From Lama guanicoe (Eukaryota): a stretch of 64,000 nucleotides of DNA. The DNA is taken from positions 627,565 to 691,564 of the forward strand of contig MU053823.1 in NCBI GenBank assembly GCA_013239625.1. The letters run 5' to 3'. Positions 47,912 through 61,900 of the stretch are shown here, piece by piece. The notes under the pieces are model-generated. The model searched no databases and was not told where the DNA came from. It saw nothing but the letters and a program-made list of their open reading frames with translations. Position numbers and translations under genes: made by a program. Each line of letters starts with the position of its first letter. The stretch's first letter is position 1.

Positions 47912-50555
47912 TGTGTCACTGAATGTGGCCATTAGCCCAGGGCTGGGTGGTGAAGTCTGGCAGTGGGGAGACAGCAGCCCCGGCCCCTCCCTTCCACCCT
48001 TGCCTGTATATAGATATGTATCCTCTTTTTTTTTGCTTTCTCTGCCAGAGAAGCCACTGCAAGATGCTGCCGAAGATAACCCCTCTTTCTTGCCTCATTC
48101 TTCCTCTTCCTTCTTGTTTTTTCCTAATTCTTTTATTATTATTCTTATTATATTATTATTATTATTATTTTTGGTTATATGCTGTCTCCAGTCTCCTGTC
48201 CCTACACCATGGACCCTGTCCACCTCTTGCTAGTTTAAAATCATCTGGCTGGAAGGTGAGGCCATGACCACCATGGAGAAAGGCCTCAAATTTTGATTTA
48301 CCTTTCCCTTTGAGAAAGTCAACGCTAATCCTACCTTTTGGCCCCAAATCGTTTTTTGTGAACATCAGTTCAGTGCAGGACTGGAAGGGCCACATTATCA
48401 CGTAGAAGGGATCTGGAACACTGCTTGGCAGCCATGAATTTGCAGGTTTTACTCAATGGTGCTAATTTTGCCCTCTGAGCTCTTCCTTGTCCCTTTGTGT
48501 CTCCAGTCCTACTTCTGCTGACCTCATTCTCCATTGAGGGGAAGAGTGACGGTGGTGGTACAGGAGGGTGACAATAAAATCCTGGTGGAATGAGAGGTCT
48601 GGGTTGGGTTGAGTAGAATATGACAGAGAAGCGATGGAGAATAAGAGTCGGAAATTGGGTAGATGCTACTGTGTCAGGGATACTGCCCTTGGCTCATTCA
48701 TGGCCCGTTCTCTGTAGGAGATGGAGTTGATCTTAGCCAGAATCCTGCTTCTCTGGTAGGAATGAGCACAACTCTTCAGCATAGGGTCAGCTTTTTAGAG
48801 ATGGTTTCAATTTAACCATTTTGGCTTTTTAAACATCATTTTTTTTGGACATTAACTGTGGCTTTTCTTTGCATTTCCACATGATCCTTCCATCCCTTTG
48901 TCTCATTCAGCAGGTTTTATTCCGTCCTCCTGTAGTGGTTAGCTCAACCCTCCCACCCATCTGACTTTCTTCCCCCGTTTTCTGGGATTCTCCAGAAAGG
49001 AAAGTAACCCTTTATTACTTTTAGTTTCATCATGGCCTACGACAAGACAGGCATCTCTTCCCCACCGATCACAGCAGAACCAAACCTGGAGTATTGGTGG
49101 CAGATGAGGGGAGCTGCCATGGACATGCGTAGGGAAAATTTCAGTTATTTGACTATGTGGGCAAGTGCTTCTCTTGGAATCCGGATCACTGGGGCTGAAG
49201 CTTTTGAGATTAGGTTTTTTGGGGGGTGAAGGAAGTTGGTAGGGGAGGATAAATAATCTAAAGAGAAGAGTTCCATGAGGGCCAAGGGAGACCCCCTCTT
49301 CCCTCCCAGAAAAAGGTACAGGGATAACTCACCTCCTTTAACCAGGAGTGGCCATGATTTACTGCTGCAAAGTACTGAGTGTATATTTGATATCCATTGT
49401 TGAATTTTAGTTGTAAGAGGGAGGAACAGTTTTACTTCTGCTTTTATTTTACTGAATGTTCACTTTCTCAAAGCTGCAGGACAAAATGTACGGAACAGAC
49501 AAGGCCACTCTCTGATTTCTGCTTTTCGTTCATATTCTTTATTTACCTGTGCTTTCCGCTCTCCTGGTTTTTCCCCTCATCCGCCCTTTCTTTTCTTTGT
49601 CAGGGGTTATATATGAGAGTTTGTTAAGAAGTCCAGTGAGGCTGAAGTAAGGGGGCAGGAAAGGGCAGTTAACCAAACAGCACTTTATTTCTTTGAAGTT
49701 CTTGGTAAGAAATGGGAGTGTGAGTGGCGTGAATTCCCCACTGTGTTGGAGGGCACGAGCGGGGTACAAGACTGACGTCACATTCCCCATTGGGGAAGGA
49801 GAATTTCTCTTCAAGGCTGGCGGCATGCCTTTGCCCAGTGTCCCTAGCTGAGGCGTGTCTTCCTTCCTCCTTCCAATCAAGGTGCCTCCCACGCACAGCG
49901 TCCCCTCTGTTCTCCCGAAGAGCCCCTCTTCACAGACCATCAGTCCTCTTTCTCAACCCCCTGTCTACTCAGATCCACACAGGATTTGCAAGGGTAGATA
50001 AATCAGACCTGTTCATGTCCCTGGTTCATAATTCATCTGTGTCTTCTGAAAACTAGTTTCATTAAGAAGTTTGGGGCTAGGGCTGGACGTTGGCCATCGG
50101 GCCTCCGGGGATTATAGCTTTCCTCCACTAAACCCAGCCTTGCTAAAAGGCACAGGACAAACCTGACTTTCTTTGGGCCTCCATTTCCCTACCCCTCCAT
50201 GCAATGGAAAGAATACTACTTTTTCTTGTTGGTCTGGCATTGCTGGACTTGAAGGTAGAGTTGTCGTTGTATTGGGTGATGTGTGCAAAACCACACGAGC
50301 TCACTGCCTACCCACGAGGAAACAAGGGAGAGAGTGGAGGAGAAGGACAGAAGGAGTAATTATTTGGTGCAGATCCACCCATCCCTGCCTTTCTCTCTTC
50401 AACCCCCATGTTTCTGGTTCAGTGAGTCCTTCACACCACCCATAATGCTTTGCATCGGTGCAGGCTGGGAAGGGGGTGTATGGTCTCACAAGTTGTTGTT
50501 GTTGTTTTTTGCATGCTTTCTTAATAAAAAAAAAAAGAATGTTTATGGTTTTATC
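47912..50555 (+). other. FOXJ2: FOXJ2 3'UTR (about 2.6 kb; end approximate)
   Basis: Repeat-poor region from the stop codon to AATAAA at 50523. Confidence 0.7.
50523..50528 (+). terminator. FOXJ2: FOXJ2 polyadenylation signal
   Basis: AATAAA followed by GT/T-rich sequence. Confidence 0.7.
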
Positions 50556-52715
50556 TTACTGGTGCTGGTCTCAAATTCATTTTTTCCAGGGTAGGAAAAA
50601 AGAAATGTGAAAGCATTTGTTTTCAATGGCCCCTTGCCCTCCTCCCACCACTGGGTGTGATTAGTGGACCCTGACATTTTTTGTAAGATTGATGGGTAAG
50701 AAGACTTAAGAACATGCCTTTCACGTTCTTCTTTTCAAGTGCTATTAAATATAGCAAAATATTTGTGGGAGAGGCAGTGCCCCCTTGCAGCTTGGTATGG
50801 GGACTAAGCCACCTGGCTTGCATCCTGGGATATTTTCAAGATTAAAGATACTACAATCTGAGGAGGGGTTGGCCCCCACTATGGGACTTCCATTGAGCAC
50901 TTGCATGTACTTACCAGAGCTTTTCATCAGAAATGAAATTCCAGTTGTAGGGAAAGGAAAATAGAACTTTCAAAAGGAGTCCAGAATTGTCAACTATTGA
51001 ATCTTTATAACTACGCCAAGATCATCACCCTCATATCCTATACACTAACCCTAGGAGTCTGGGACTTGTGATCCTGTGAGCTGTGTTGGGATTTCTGGGA
51101 GTCTAGCTTATTGTCATTAGAGCAGGCTTACAGCTACCCTCTCTGAGATTTATTTGCTGTATGGTTAGGGATTATGATATATTCTGAGTGTCAAACAATT
51201 GAAAGGATCCATGAATCTCTCAGCCTTGCAAGGAGCCACGAGAAAAAAAAGCATTTATTCACATCAAATATATTAGCAGATTAAATTGGAAGGCAGCATT
51301 GAAAATCTCACATCAGGTCAGATACTGTTACCATACAACTGAAAGAATTCCACATGATTTGAAATTTTTCCACGGAGTATTTTATAACTTATTTGTAGTC
51401 CAGACCTTCACCTCAACCACTGAACAAATAACAGTGCCTTATAAGTCTAAAACATCATGTTTTCTACTTTTCCAATCAAAATCATTGTACTCAGCTTAGA
51501 TGAGGCTATGTTATAGTACCAACAAACCTGAAATTTTAGGCATTTAATGCACAGAAGTTTATATACAAAAGAAAATGAGAAGATGATAGGGATTTGAATA
51601 ACTTTTTTTTTTAAAGGAAAGAAGGATGGAAAAAAGGTTAGAATGGATAAAGTAGGAAAAAAATATGTGATCATGAGCAGATGAAAGGATGATGGTTAAT
51701 ACATATTTGGATGCTGAATAAACAAACCATATGAATGTTTTGGGATAATATTCTTCATCTTTCAAAATAAGAAGTCACTTTATCATGTCTATGAAATCTA
51801 GCAGCATAAGGGCATGACTTAGAAATGTCATGGTAAATATCAGAAGAAACATCTAAAATTGTTTCAAGGGTTTTATCTCTGTGAACTGGGAGTGAGAGGA
51901 AAGGGTGGATGGACTAGTGGGGCAGGAAACTTCTTAGATTTCATTATAAGCCTTGAATTTTCTTTAAACTATGTGCAAGTATTACTTTGGTAAAGATAAA
52001 GATTAATTTTGAAAAACCCCAAAGATATACCTGATAATTTTGGCATGAAAGATACACACCCCTAGTCATGTTTTTAAACGTTTGATGGGATTCCCGGAGG
52101 GTACTTGGTTATTCGGCAGTGAATTCAAGAATTGCCGCCCCGTCCTCTACTCCTTTCATCTAAAATGAGTTTCCAGGGAAATACTAATTTGGAGTGAAAG
52201 GAGGGGAATAATTTGCATCTTATGAAACAATTGGTTATTAGAAGCATAAAGTCTGGAAGAAGTTTTAGAGGCAAAAGAGGAATAAGAGAACTAAGGAGCT
52301 TGAGAAAAGGAATGGAAAAATGCATGATTCTATCAATAGGCAGATAAAGCAAAACAGAGAACTCCCCAAACCACTTAATACTTTTTCATGAGGACGGTTT
52401 AGATGCCCAAGTAGTCTGTCTTTATACAATAGATGCTTATTTAGTTGTAAAAATGGAAACTCAGAATTCCTACGTCCTGTATCCTGGAGGATTCCAAGTA
52501 GCAGAGCATCTGGCACTGTACTCGGCTCCAGACTCAGTCTCATAACTCCTTGTTTTTACAGACTTTTTCTTTCTGCAACTTTTTTTCATTTGAAACCATC
52601 ACCACCATCAATACCCCCCATCACAATAAAGCCATGGAATCAATGATCAGCTTTCACTCATGCAAAACCAAAAGAAATGGTTTAAAATAGAATCTGGAAG
52701 GGGATTTAGAAAAAA

Positions 52716-52721
52716 TTTAAT
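52716..52721 (-). terminator. C3AR1: Candidate C3AR1 poly(A) signal (ATTAAA)
   Basis: ATTAAA about 390 nt downstream of the stop codon. Confidence 0.45.
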
Positions 52722-52799
52722 GATGGGGACATGATTTTAAGATTGCCTTGTCATTTATCTCACGGGACTTTGTTTGGGATAGAAGTCGACTAATTTTTA

Positions 52800-52980
52800 C
52801 AATGATTCCCAAATTTAGCATTCATCAGAAACAAGAGAGCTTGTGAGAACACTTTCGGGGCCCCACCTGCAGAGATTCTGATCCAGCTAGTCTGGAAGCT
52901 GGGGCTTGAGAATCTGTATTTCTAACAACTTTCCGGGTCATGCTGATGCCACTAGCCTGGGACTACAGCTTGAGAATCCC
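52800..52980. mobile_element. MER5-like hAT remnant in the C3AR1 3'UTR
   Basis: gggccccacc..agagattctgat..gaatctgtatttctaacaa motif. Confidence 0.65.
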
Positions 52981-53106
52981 TTAAAAAGTGTTGATTCTTT
53001 GACGGTTTCTGAAATCCCCTGCCCACCATATCCCTTGTCTTTCTAGAAACATGTTGTGCTGAGTCAATCGCTAAGAACCTGTGCTTGGGTCAGCTGCTCC
53101 ATATGT

Positions 53107-54561
53107 TCACACAACTGTACTGATACTCTTCGTTCCCCAAGAGACTTTGTTTTGGGAACAGCTAGTAGAACGTGTCAAGTCCTCACTGAAAGCTGCCTCC
53201 AGAATTCCCTGCATGGACTGCTTTGCTTTTTTCCTAAAATCTTTCCCCAGGAGGGCATAAAGAAAGGGATTGAAGCAACTATTGGCAGATGCTAGAGCAA
53301 GAGACACATGGTCCCAGGTCAACAGAGCTACCCCAAAGGGAGTTTCTGGGTCAATAAACAATAACAGGACCCCAAAAATGTGGTATGGAGCCCAGCAGAC
53401 AAGGAAGACAACCACCACCACCACTGCCACTTTCAAGATTTTGCTCCGAGATTTGAAGCGGCCCTGTCGCATTCGGAAGAGAATAAGGCTGTAACAGGCC
53501 ACCATGACAATGAACGGCAGCAGGAAACCCGCCACCAGCCTAGTGACGGTTATTGCTACCTGGGGTCTTGGCACTCGATGGACATACACAAATTGGCCTA
53601 AATAATCATCATCTTGGAAATCTTGGGATAGGTCAGATGTGTGTAAGGAATTGCTGGAGGCACTATAGAAAAGCTCTAAATCAGTAGGGGAAAAAGCATC
53701 AGAGTGTCCCAGCTGGTTAGCTCTGTGATCTTCAACGGGAAACTCACTGGCGATTGCAGGCGAGACCTTGTCAGCAGGTTTAAATGAACCGTAGTATGGA
53801 TGTTGAACAGGTAATCCAGCTGAATCCGTAGGGAATGGATCTCCAGAAGGTCTTTGAGATATTTGAGAATGGAGGCCACTGGCGGCTGTCCAAGACTGGT
53901 CATTTGTTTGTAGAGAGAAAGAACTGAATCTACCATCCATTTCTCCAGGGTGCTCAACAGTGGAGTTTTTAAGAGACCAGTTTTCCAGTAGATCTAAGAT
54001 GAAGTCTGAATCATCTAATGAGCTGTAGGAACCAAAATTGTAGCCACACATGTTATGGTCACCTACAGAGAACGTTTCCCGGTATATGAACACAGGTATA
54101 CACATTACAAAAGCCATCACCCAGATGCAGCCACAGATGGCGGAGGCTGTGCCTACGTTGCGATGATTCTGGCACCAGACTGGCCTCAGTACCAAAAGGC
54201 AGCGGTCTAGGCTAATGGCCATCAGCAGGAAGACGCTGGCAAACATGTTGAGGATGATGATGGATGGGATGAGTTTGCATAGGAACCAGCCGTAGGGCCA
54301 GTGTCCTTGGAGAGCCAAGTGAACCAGGGAGAAGGGCAAGGAGAGGCAGCAGAGAAAGTCGGCCAGGGTGAGATGGAGAAACCAAACTGTGTTCACTGTG
54401 CGTTGCATCTTTAGGCCAGTCACCCACAGCACCAGCCCGTTGCCTGGCAATCCCAGCAAGAAAGTGAAGCCCAGAATGACCATGGGCAGAATTACGTGGG
54501 GTTTATTCCAGGGCTGTGAGGGGAGGTCAGTTGAATTGGTCTCAGCAGAGAAAGACTCCAT
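53107..54561 (-). CDS. C3AR1: C3a anaphylatoxin chemotactic receptor (class A GPCR), 484 aa
   Basis: Starts [13 protein letters not shown]; 7 TM segments; SLDRC motif; very long ECL2; NPFLY; single coding exon with acceptor at 54571. Confidence 0.98.
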   Translation of the reverse strand: MESFSAETNSTDLPSQPWNKPHVILPMVILGFTFLLGLPGNGLVLWVTGLKMQRTVNTVWFLHLTLADFLCCLSLPFSLVHLALQGHWPYGWFLCKLIPSIIILNMFASVFLLMAISLDRCLLVLRPVWCQNHRNVGTASAICGCIWVMAFVMCIPVFIYRETFSVGDHNMCGYNFGSYSSLDDSDFILDLLENWSLKNSTVEHPGEMDGRFSSFSLQTNDQSWTAASGLHSQISQRPSGDPFPTDSAGLPVQHPYYGSFKPADKVSPAIASEFPVEDHRANQLGHSDAFSPTDLELFYSASSNSLHTSDLSQDFQDDDYLGQFVYVHRVPRPQVAITVTRLVAGFLLPFIVMVACYSLILFRMRQGRFKSRSKILKVAVVVVVVFLVCWAPYHIFGVLLLFIDPETPFGVALLTWDHVSLALASANSCFNPFLYALLGKDFRKKAKQSMQGILEAAFSEDLTRSTSCSQNKVSWGTKSISTVV

Positions 54562-55489
54562 GGCTAAATTTCTATAAAAACACAAACAAAAACAGTAAAA
54601 CTCTCTTTTCCAAAAACGCATATTCTTTGAGTTCTAACCTTCCCACAGAATGATGTAGGACCCAAAGACCCTCACACTGTTGTAGTTTGTGTTCCTTGAT
54701 TTCACACTGGATTGCACAAAAGCATTCTCTGATGGACAGTTTAATATCTGCTCTATTGATTTAAATGTCTAGCAAAGTAGTAACTTCATTCGGAAGTCCC
54801 TACCAATGTCAATTTCTCCGCTTTCTTGCACTTTCAGTCTCATTCTCCAATGGCTCCTTTCCAAACCTAACGTCCCCTTTAAACATGAACAAGCTAAATG
54901 GATAAGCAAACAATGACTTTTTGACTAGAGGTTCCCAAACTGAGATCTGCAAGAGGACATCAGGAAGTTTCATCATCACCTCAAGTGACAGAGAACACTG
55001 TAACTTTACGTATTTTCAGTTCCGGTAGGGAAGAAGGTCTGTCCATGCCCTCTACCAGATTTTCAAAGGACTCATCACCACAGATAAATTGCTCTAGACT
55101 CAGTTATGTCTTTTAGATACAACCTCATCTTTTCCTTTTGGGACCAATCTCTCTTTGCATTGACTTCCTTACCATTCACGATTTCTTATTTATTTGTTTT
55201 TTTATATGGGGAAAGTAGCTTTATTATTACAGAAACAGAAAACATGTGTGAGGAGAATTCGAGAACATAAATAAGCAAAAATAAGAACACAAAAATTTTT
55301 CAGTCAGTGATTACTCCTTTAGCATCTTAATTTACATCCTTCTGGATCTTTTTTCATGTACATATGTGTATATTATATGTATGTATATTTTTTTGCTAAG
55401 CAAAATTTAACAAAATTAGATTATACTGTTGCATATTGGTTTAAATTTTTAAAATTCTGGTTATACTGTTGTATATTGGTTTAAAATTT

Positions 55490-55930
55490 TTAAATTGTGG
55501 TGAAATACACATAACATAAAATTTACCATTCTTAAGCGTTTTAAAATGTACAGTTCAGTCATGTTAGGTAGATATATGTTATTGTGCAATCAATTTCCAG
55601 GACTTTCTCATCTTGTAAAACTGAGACATTGGACAACAACTCCCCACTTCCTTTCCCCCCAGCCCCTGGCAGTCACCACTCTACTTTCAGTTTCTATGTG
55701 TTTGACCACTCTAGCTATCTCACGTAAGTGATCATACAGCGTTTGTCCTTTCATGACTGGCTTATTTCACTCAGCATAACATCCTCAAGGTTCATGCATG
55801 TTGTAGCATGTGTCAGAATTCCCTCCTTTTTATGGCTGAATAGTATTCCTTTGTATGTATAGACCACATTTTGTTTATCAATTCTTGCCACCTTTGAGCT
55901 ATTGTGGACAACACTGCTATGAATACGAGT
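55490..55930 (-). mobile_element. LINE-1 (L1MA/MB-like) 3' end
   Basis: aaatacacataacataaaatttaccat..gactggcttatttcactcagcataa. Confidence 0.8.
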
Positions 55931-58302
55931 GTAAATGCATATTGTTTTCTATAAATTGCTTTCTTATCAGTTAGCCGTCTCCACATTATACAGTAAGATT
56001 CTGCCTTAAGGAATGCTCAGACTTATCCATTGGTTTACAATGGTCCCCCAAATTCCCCTTATAGCTGATTTGTCAACAATTATATCCAATCTAGGATCAC
56101 ACTTTTTACCAGGATGTTTCTTAAGTCTCTTAATCTAGCATAGATTTCTCTTTTTAAAGGGGTCTGTTGTTCTCACTACTCACTTCTTAACCCTTTGTAA
56201 TCAGTCTTCTGCCCCATCACTCTGCTAAAACTGCCTCTAGATAACAAATCCAAGTGTCTTTTTTCTCTGTCTTTATCCTTTACAGTATATGAGCCATTTG
56301 ATACTTGGATTCCTTAACACTCTCCTCTCTTGGCCTTGGTAACATTACCCTCCCCTAATTTTCAGCACTCCCGTAAACATGCCCTGCTTTATAGCTTTCC
56401 TGGACAATTCACTACTCCAAGCTCATGCCATTTTCTATTCCTTAGCTAATGCTGTTTACTTCTATCTAGAATTATATCCTCCACCTTAACTTCCTCTTTC
56501 CTCCATTCTTAATCTCTATCTGTTGAAGTCTTAGCCATTCTTCAAGATCAAGTTCAAATATATCTTCCTTGAAACCTCTCTTATAATCCCAATCATAATT
56601 TAGTTCTTCAGTCTCCTAAATTATGTTTGTGTATGTGTGTGTGTGTGTGTGTGCGCGTGTGTGTGTTGAAACTTTTTTCATATTCTCTGTGTAATGATAC
56701 ATTTTATTTTGTATTATAATGATTTTCCTGGCTGTCTTATCCATCATTCTAACCTTAAATTTCACAATGGTGAAAAAGAGTCTTGTTCCTAAATGCTTGT
56801 TCCATGGAATTTAGCACAATGCCTTATAAGGCATAAAGATTAAAGATTACTTGAATGGAGGATGGATGTTGATTTTGGGGGCTTACTTTTTTTTCTTTTC
56901 CAACTAAATTAAAAATTCTTATTCTTATCCATTTAACCCAACAAGAATGCTGTCTCTTCTAACTTCCTTTTTGTTTTCCAGTTCCCACTTTTTACTGGTG
57001 ATAACAGCATTTTACATTTCCTTTTGTAGAAGCCCAAAATATTTTTGGGTCTTGGAAGTTGTTCTGCTGAGCTAACCAAATGCTGTCATAGGGATTAGCA
57101 GAAGTTCAAACAAATCAGGCAACAAAATAATGAAAAGAAAAAGTGATTCTCATTTTCTTTTCTGTAGCCTTGCTTATTTAAATATTCAATTCCTGTTGGA
57201 GACACTTTCTTCTCTGTTGTGCATGGCAGTGACCTTGATCAACTGTCCTGCACACTTATTCACACAGAGACCCGTAAAATATTGAGAGCAGTACAGAGTC
57301 ATGGAATTCTAGGACTGAAAGGGAAGTTAGCAATCATCTCTTCTTGTCTCTATTTTTTATTTTGCAGTTTTTGACACTAAAACTCAGCAATTTAGGTGAC
57401 TTTCATATATTCACAACTAGGAGGGTTCTCAAATCCTAGGTCCAGTGACTGTCAGGCCAATATTCTTTTTACTCTAATAATCACATAACTGAAAAGCCTT
57501 TGATATTGCTAATAAAGGGAAAGGTACCCAGAGCTGTATGAGAATAAGGAAGAATATGGACACAAAAAAGACGGAAAAGAGCAAAATTCCAATATAAAGA
57601 CATTGAGTCATCTGGAGTGAGACATATTTTAAATATCACATATTATCTGTCTTGAGATGAAAGTATGTATGAATCAGAATCTTATCTTTCAGACCAAGAT
57701 CATTTTTTATATTTCTCCAAGTGTTTTGGCTGAAAAGTACCTCTACATTTTTTTTTTTTTTTTAGTTTTCAGTACTGAATTGGCTGACAGTAATTAAAAA
57801 GACAAATAAAATCCTGAAACTAAAATTCAACTATGATAGGAAAAGAAAAGCTGATTTCAGAGTCAAATACTAATGATAGGATGACAAAATCAGCAACAAA
57901 AAGGAAAGAGAAAAAAACAGAAAAGAAAGAAGAGAAAAAGAAAAAAAGAGGGAAATGGAAAAAAATACGTATGTTAAGAAAAAATAGGCAAATTGATGAT
58001 TTGGAAAACAGAACTATTGGAGAAAGCTGGAATTAAAGGTCAGAAGAGAAACAGTTAATTTAAGAGAGGGGAAAAATGACATAAAAATTCAATATTAGTT
58101 TCAGAATGAAAATATTAAGAGCAAAGAGAAATAGAATGTGGAGTATTTAGTGAAAGAAAAAGGTAAACATGGGGATAAAACAAAAGAAATAAAACTAAGG
58201 GAAGGAATAAGGGGAGATAGAAAAAAAATGATCCACAAACATTATTTATAATAAGCAAAACAAGCTAGGCTCAAGTCATTACATGGATCTAGGTGTTCTT
58301 AC

Positions 58303-58430
58303 CAAAAACCCAAGGTAGTAGCTGAAGGCTTCAGCACTGATGTGGAGGCCCCTGGGTGTCCCAGCCGATCCCCACACTTAACCACAATCAAGTCCTGAAG
58401 TATGTTTAGGAAACTTGCTGAGTTTCTCCT
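58303..58430 (-). other. C3AR1: C3AR1 non-coding exon 1 (5' end approximate)
   Basis: Donor TTG|GTAAGA at 58303; taagtgtgggga..gtgctgaagccttcagctact resembles the recalled C3AR1 5'UTR. Confidence 0.8.
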
Positions 58431-58539
58431 CTTTCCTTTTCTCTCTTCTTTTCCGATGATAAATTCTAGTAGGCACCTCTGACTGCTATCTGACTCCACA
58501 GAGTTTCAAAGTGAGTCATTTCTAAATGTGTCAGATAAG

Positions 58540-58587
<48 letters not shown>

Positions 58588-58680
58588 AAGAAAGAAACTC
58601 ATACAAAACCAGAACAAAAAAAACAGAAGTGAGAGACTATAGTTCTCAGAAGTTTTCCGCAAGACAGAGTACAGTTGGAG
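58430..58680 (-). promoter_or_regulatory. C3AR1: C3AR1 proximal promoter
   Basis: AP-1 TGAGTCA at 58512-58518; GATA AGATAA at 58533-58538; 40-bp A tract at 58546-58585. Confidence 0.55.
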
Positions 58681-58876
58681 AGTACTTTTTTACATAAGCA
58701 TCTCACTTTGTAGGTTTTGCTTTTGTTTCATTTGGTTTTAGAAATGCACAAAAATGACCCCATGAGAGTCAAGGTGGGGAGTGGTTGGGAAGAATGACCT
58801 GCACAACTTCAGCTAATGAATCTCAAAGAACGTCTTTTTTTTTTTTTAATGTATTGCACTTTTTAAAAATTTATTA

Positions 58877-58991
58877 GGAGAGAGGTAATTAAGGTTTATT
58901 TATCTTTTAGAGGAGGTACTGGGGATTGAACACAAGACCTTGTTTGTGTATGCTAAGCATGCACTCTACCCCTTGAGCTATGCCCTACCCC
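58877..58991 (-). mobile_element. tRNA-Ala-derived SINE (vic-1-like)
   Basis: Same family body and tail as the other copies. Confidence 0.85.
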
Positions 58992-61900
58992 GCAACTTCT
59001 TCTTTTTTTTTCAACACCTTTATTGTGGTATGGTTCCTGTACAGTAAACTATACATATTTCAGGTCTACAATTTGATGAAATTTGATAGATGTATACACC
59101 CATGAAACCACCTCCAAAATCAAGCTTAACATATCCATCACTCCCCAAGGGGTGCAATTTTCAAATTCCCAATGTATCCTTTCCCACCCGCTTTAACCCC
59201 TGGTAACCGTAAGTCTGTTCTCTGTGAGTCTGTTTCTGTTTTGTAGATAAGTTCATCTGTGTCCTTTTATTTAACATACTAATCAACTTCTTGTCCAAAC
59301 AATAATATCTGCTCCTCCTCTTGTTTGTGATCAAATCACCATGAATATTTTTGAGGCAGAAAAACCCAAGAAAAATGCCACAAGTTCTGTTTTATTTATT
59401 TGTTTGTCTGTCCATTAGTTTATGTATTTATTTCCATTATTATTATCTAATGACAAGAGTAGTACATACTTATAAAAAAAGATTGATTTAAACACTACAG
59501 AAATATAAAGGGTAAGAGAATGAAAGTGTACATTTCCAATTCCATTGCCTGGAAGTAACTTTTTTATAGATTAGTATTCATTCTCTGTGAACTTTTTCTA
59601 GTTTCAAATAAACATGGGATTCACATGTGATTTTATGACTTGCTTTTTCACTTGACAATGTATCAGAACATAGTTCCATGTTAGTGCATGTAATTCCAGT
59701 AATTACATTTTTATATAGTATTTAGAAATATTCAATAATGAAGGTATTCAGAAAGCAGAGATATAAAACTCACAAAAGATAAACAGTACTACAATGTGTG
59801 TGTGTATATATATATAGACACACATTGTATATATATATGTATATATATATATACACACATTGTATATATATATATGTAAAAATTCATTTCCATAGTAAAA
59901 GATTTGAATATAGAAAGATTAAAGTGAAAACTAAAATTTCCTGAACACCTAGCTACCCTAGTTCCACTCCCTGGAGGTAATCACTTTCATAAATACAACT
60001 GTAATTCCATTGCACGTGTTGTTTTATTCTGCTTTTTCCATTTATCTTTTAATATCAGGACATAATGGCCTGCATCCTACTTTTCAAAATTACTCCATAT
60101 TATATCATTTAGTCAATTATTCCCCTCTTCATGGATAGTCCGTTTTTATCCAGTGATAAACAATGCTTCCATGAGCACTCTTGTATTCTATACATCTATG
60201 AATATTTCTGTAGAATGGTTTCCTAGAGTTGTAATTGCTAAATCTGAGAGCATGTGCATTTACATTGCTGAAAGATACGGCATTTTCCACTAAAGAGACT
60301 CCAATAATTTACACTCCCATCAACGGTGGCAAGGGTATCTATTCCATTTCCAAAAGGTAAGGTCTTTATCATTAAGTTCAGCATCATAAGCAAGTACATA
60401 GACTCTATGCTTTGCACTGTAGGAGATGCAATGATAGACGTATGTATGCAATTATAGTACAATGAGGGCTGCTAGCGGGTCCCAATATACCCTGCAGACA
60501 CGGATGAAGAAAAGACTAATTCTTACTGAAGCAAACAGGAAGACAATGCACTCACGAGGCAGCACTTGAGCTGGCCTTCAAGGATGAGTAGGGATTTGAC
60601 AGACACTAATAGTGCTGGAAAATAATTTCTCTGTCTCTCTACCCTATTAGACCAGGAATTTGTAATTTGTTTCTATCTCCAGTGCCTGCTACCATGCCTG
60701 GAATAACATGTCTGGGGCACCAATAAATGAAGGAAGGAGTGGATGAATGTCTGGTTGAAAGGATATTGGCTTTTGAATACAATTCAAAGAATTAATTTGA
60801 GTCTTTAAAGTTGTTTCTGGTGTGAATCTAGTTTTACTGATTCCTCTCTCTCTGAAGATTATAAAGCAATTAAAACCAGTCGGAGAATTTCTAGCTATAT
60901 TATTTGGATTTTCAGATCAGGAAGGACATGGCTGAAAACACCTTGCGAATAGAGCTCCTGTTTCTGGATGGCTCCAGGCCCTTTTTATAAAATATTAGTT
61001 GTATTATAGTGTAATGTGGAAAATTTGGGGGAATTTATGTGACTCTCTTCTGTTTTGTTCCTTTTTAATACTTAACATATATGTTTATGCAGAGATCAGA
61101 TGCTCTGGAAAGAATGAAATTTTGAATCTACATAGCAAACACGGCCATTTTAAGACCTTTTACGAGTCACTAATTAATTCTCCCTTTTCAGTGATGGAGA
61201 TCTGTACTCACTTGGCCAAAATTAAAATTTTAGAATCATAGAATCTCTAGCCTGTTTTGTCTGAAAGAATAAATGACAAAGTTTCTGTCCTTAGGGACTT
61301 TGATGAAAAATGATTAGATTCATTATTAGACTATATATGATTAATTATACTTTAAAAGATAAATAACAAAGTACCAAAAACTATGGTTGATGTAGACAAA
61401 TGCTAGGACAATTTAGCAGAGGACAAGACTGATAAAGACTGATGGTGGTTAGGATGAGCTGAAAAACTTTCAAGGAAGACAACCCTTGAGGTGAAACATC
61501 CTCTAGATTAGGAATTTGAGCTCTAGTTTTAGTAATAACTACTTGACCTTGGGCTGGATGCTTGGCCTAGAACATTTTTTTCTTAGATGTAAAATTAAAG
61601 GGTGGAATTGAATTCTCTTTAAGGCTACTTTTACATCTAACAAACTTTAATTCTCGCATTTGAGCAGGGAGAGAGAAATTGAAAGGGCATTTCAAGCAGG
61701 GGGAAAATATAAACACGTATTAATGTGGAGGTGAATCCAACACGTGTGGATGACAAGTAATGTGGTTTGGCTGGAGTGAAAAGGACACGTGGAGGAGCAA
61801 GAGGAGTGTAGGGAGCCTGGGTGTGACTCCTAGCTCTGCCCCTGACTAAGTGTGTGATTGTACAGGAATTATTCAGACCGTGTTTTCATTTCCTCACCTA

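Noticed and set aside
54562..54621. 20-aa N-terminal extension of C3AR1 in the ORF track
   Set aside because: Mostly intron polypyrimidine tract; the acceptor is at 54571 and the Kozak ATG at 54561
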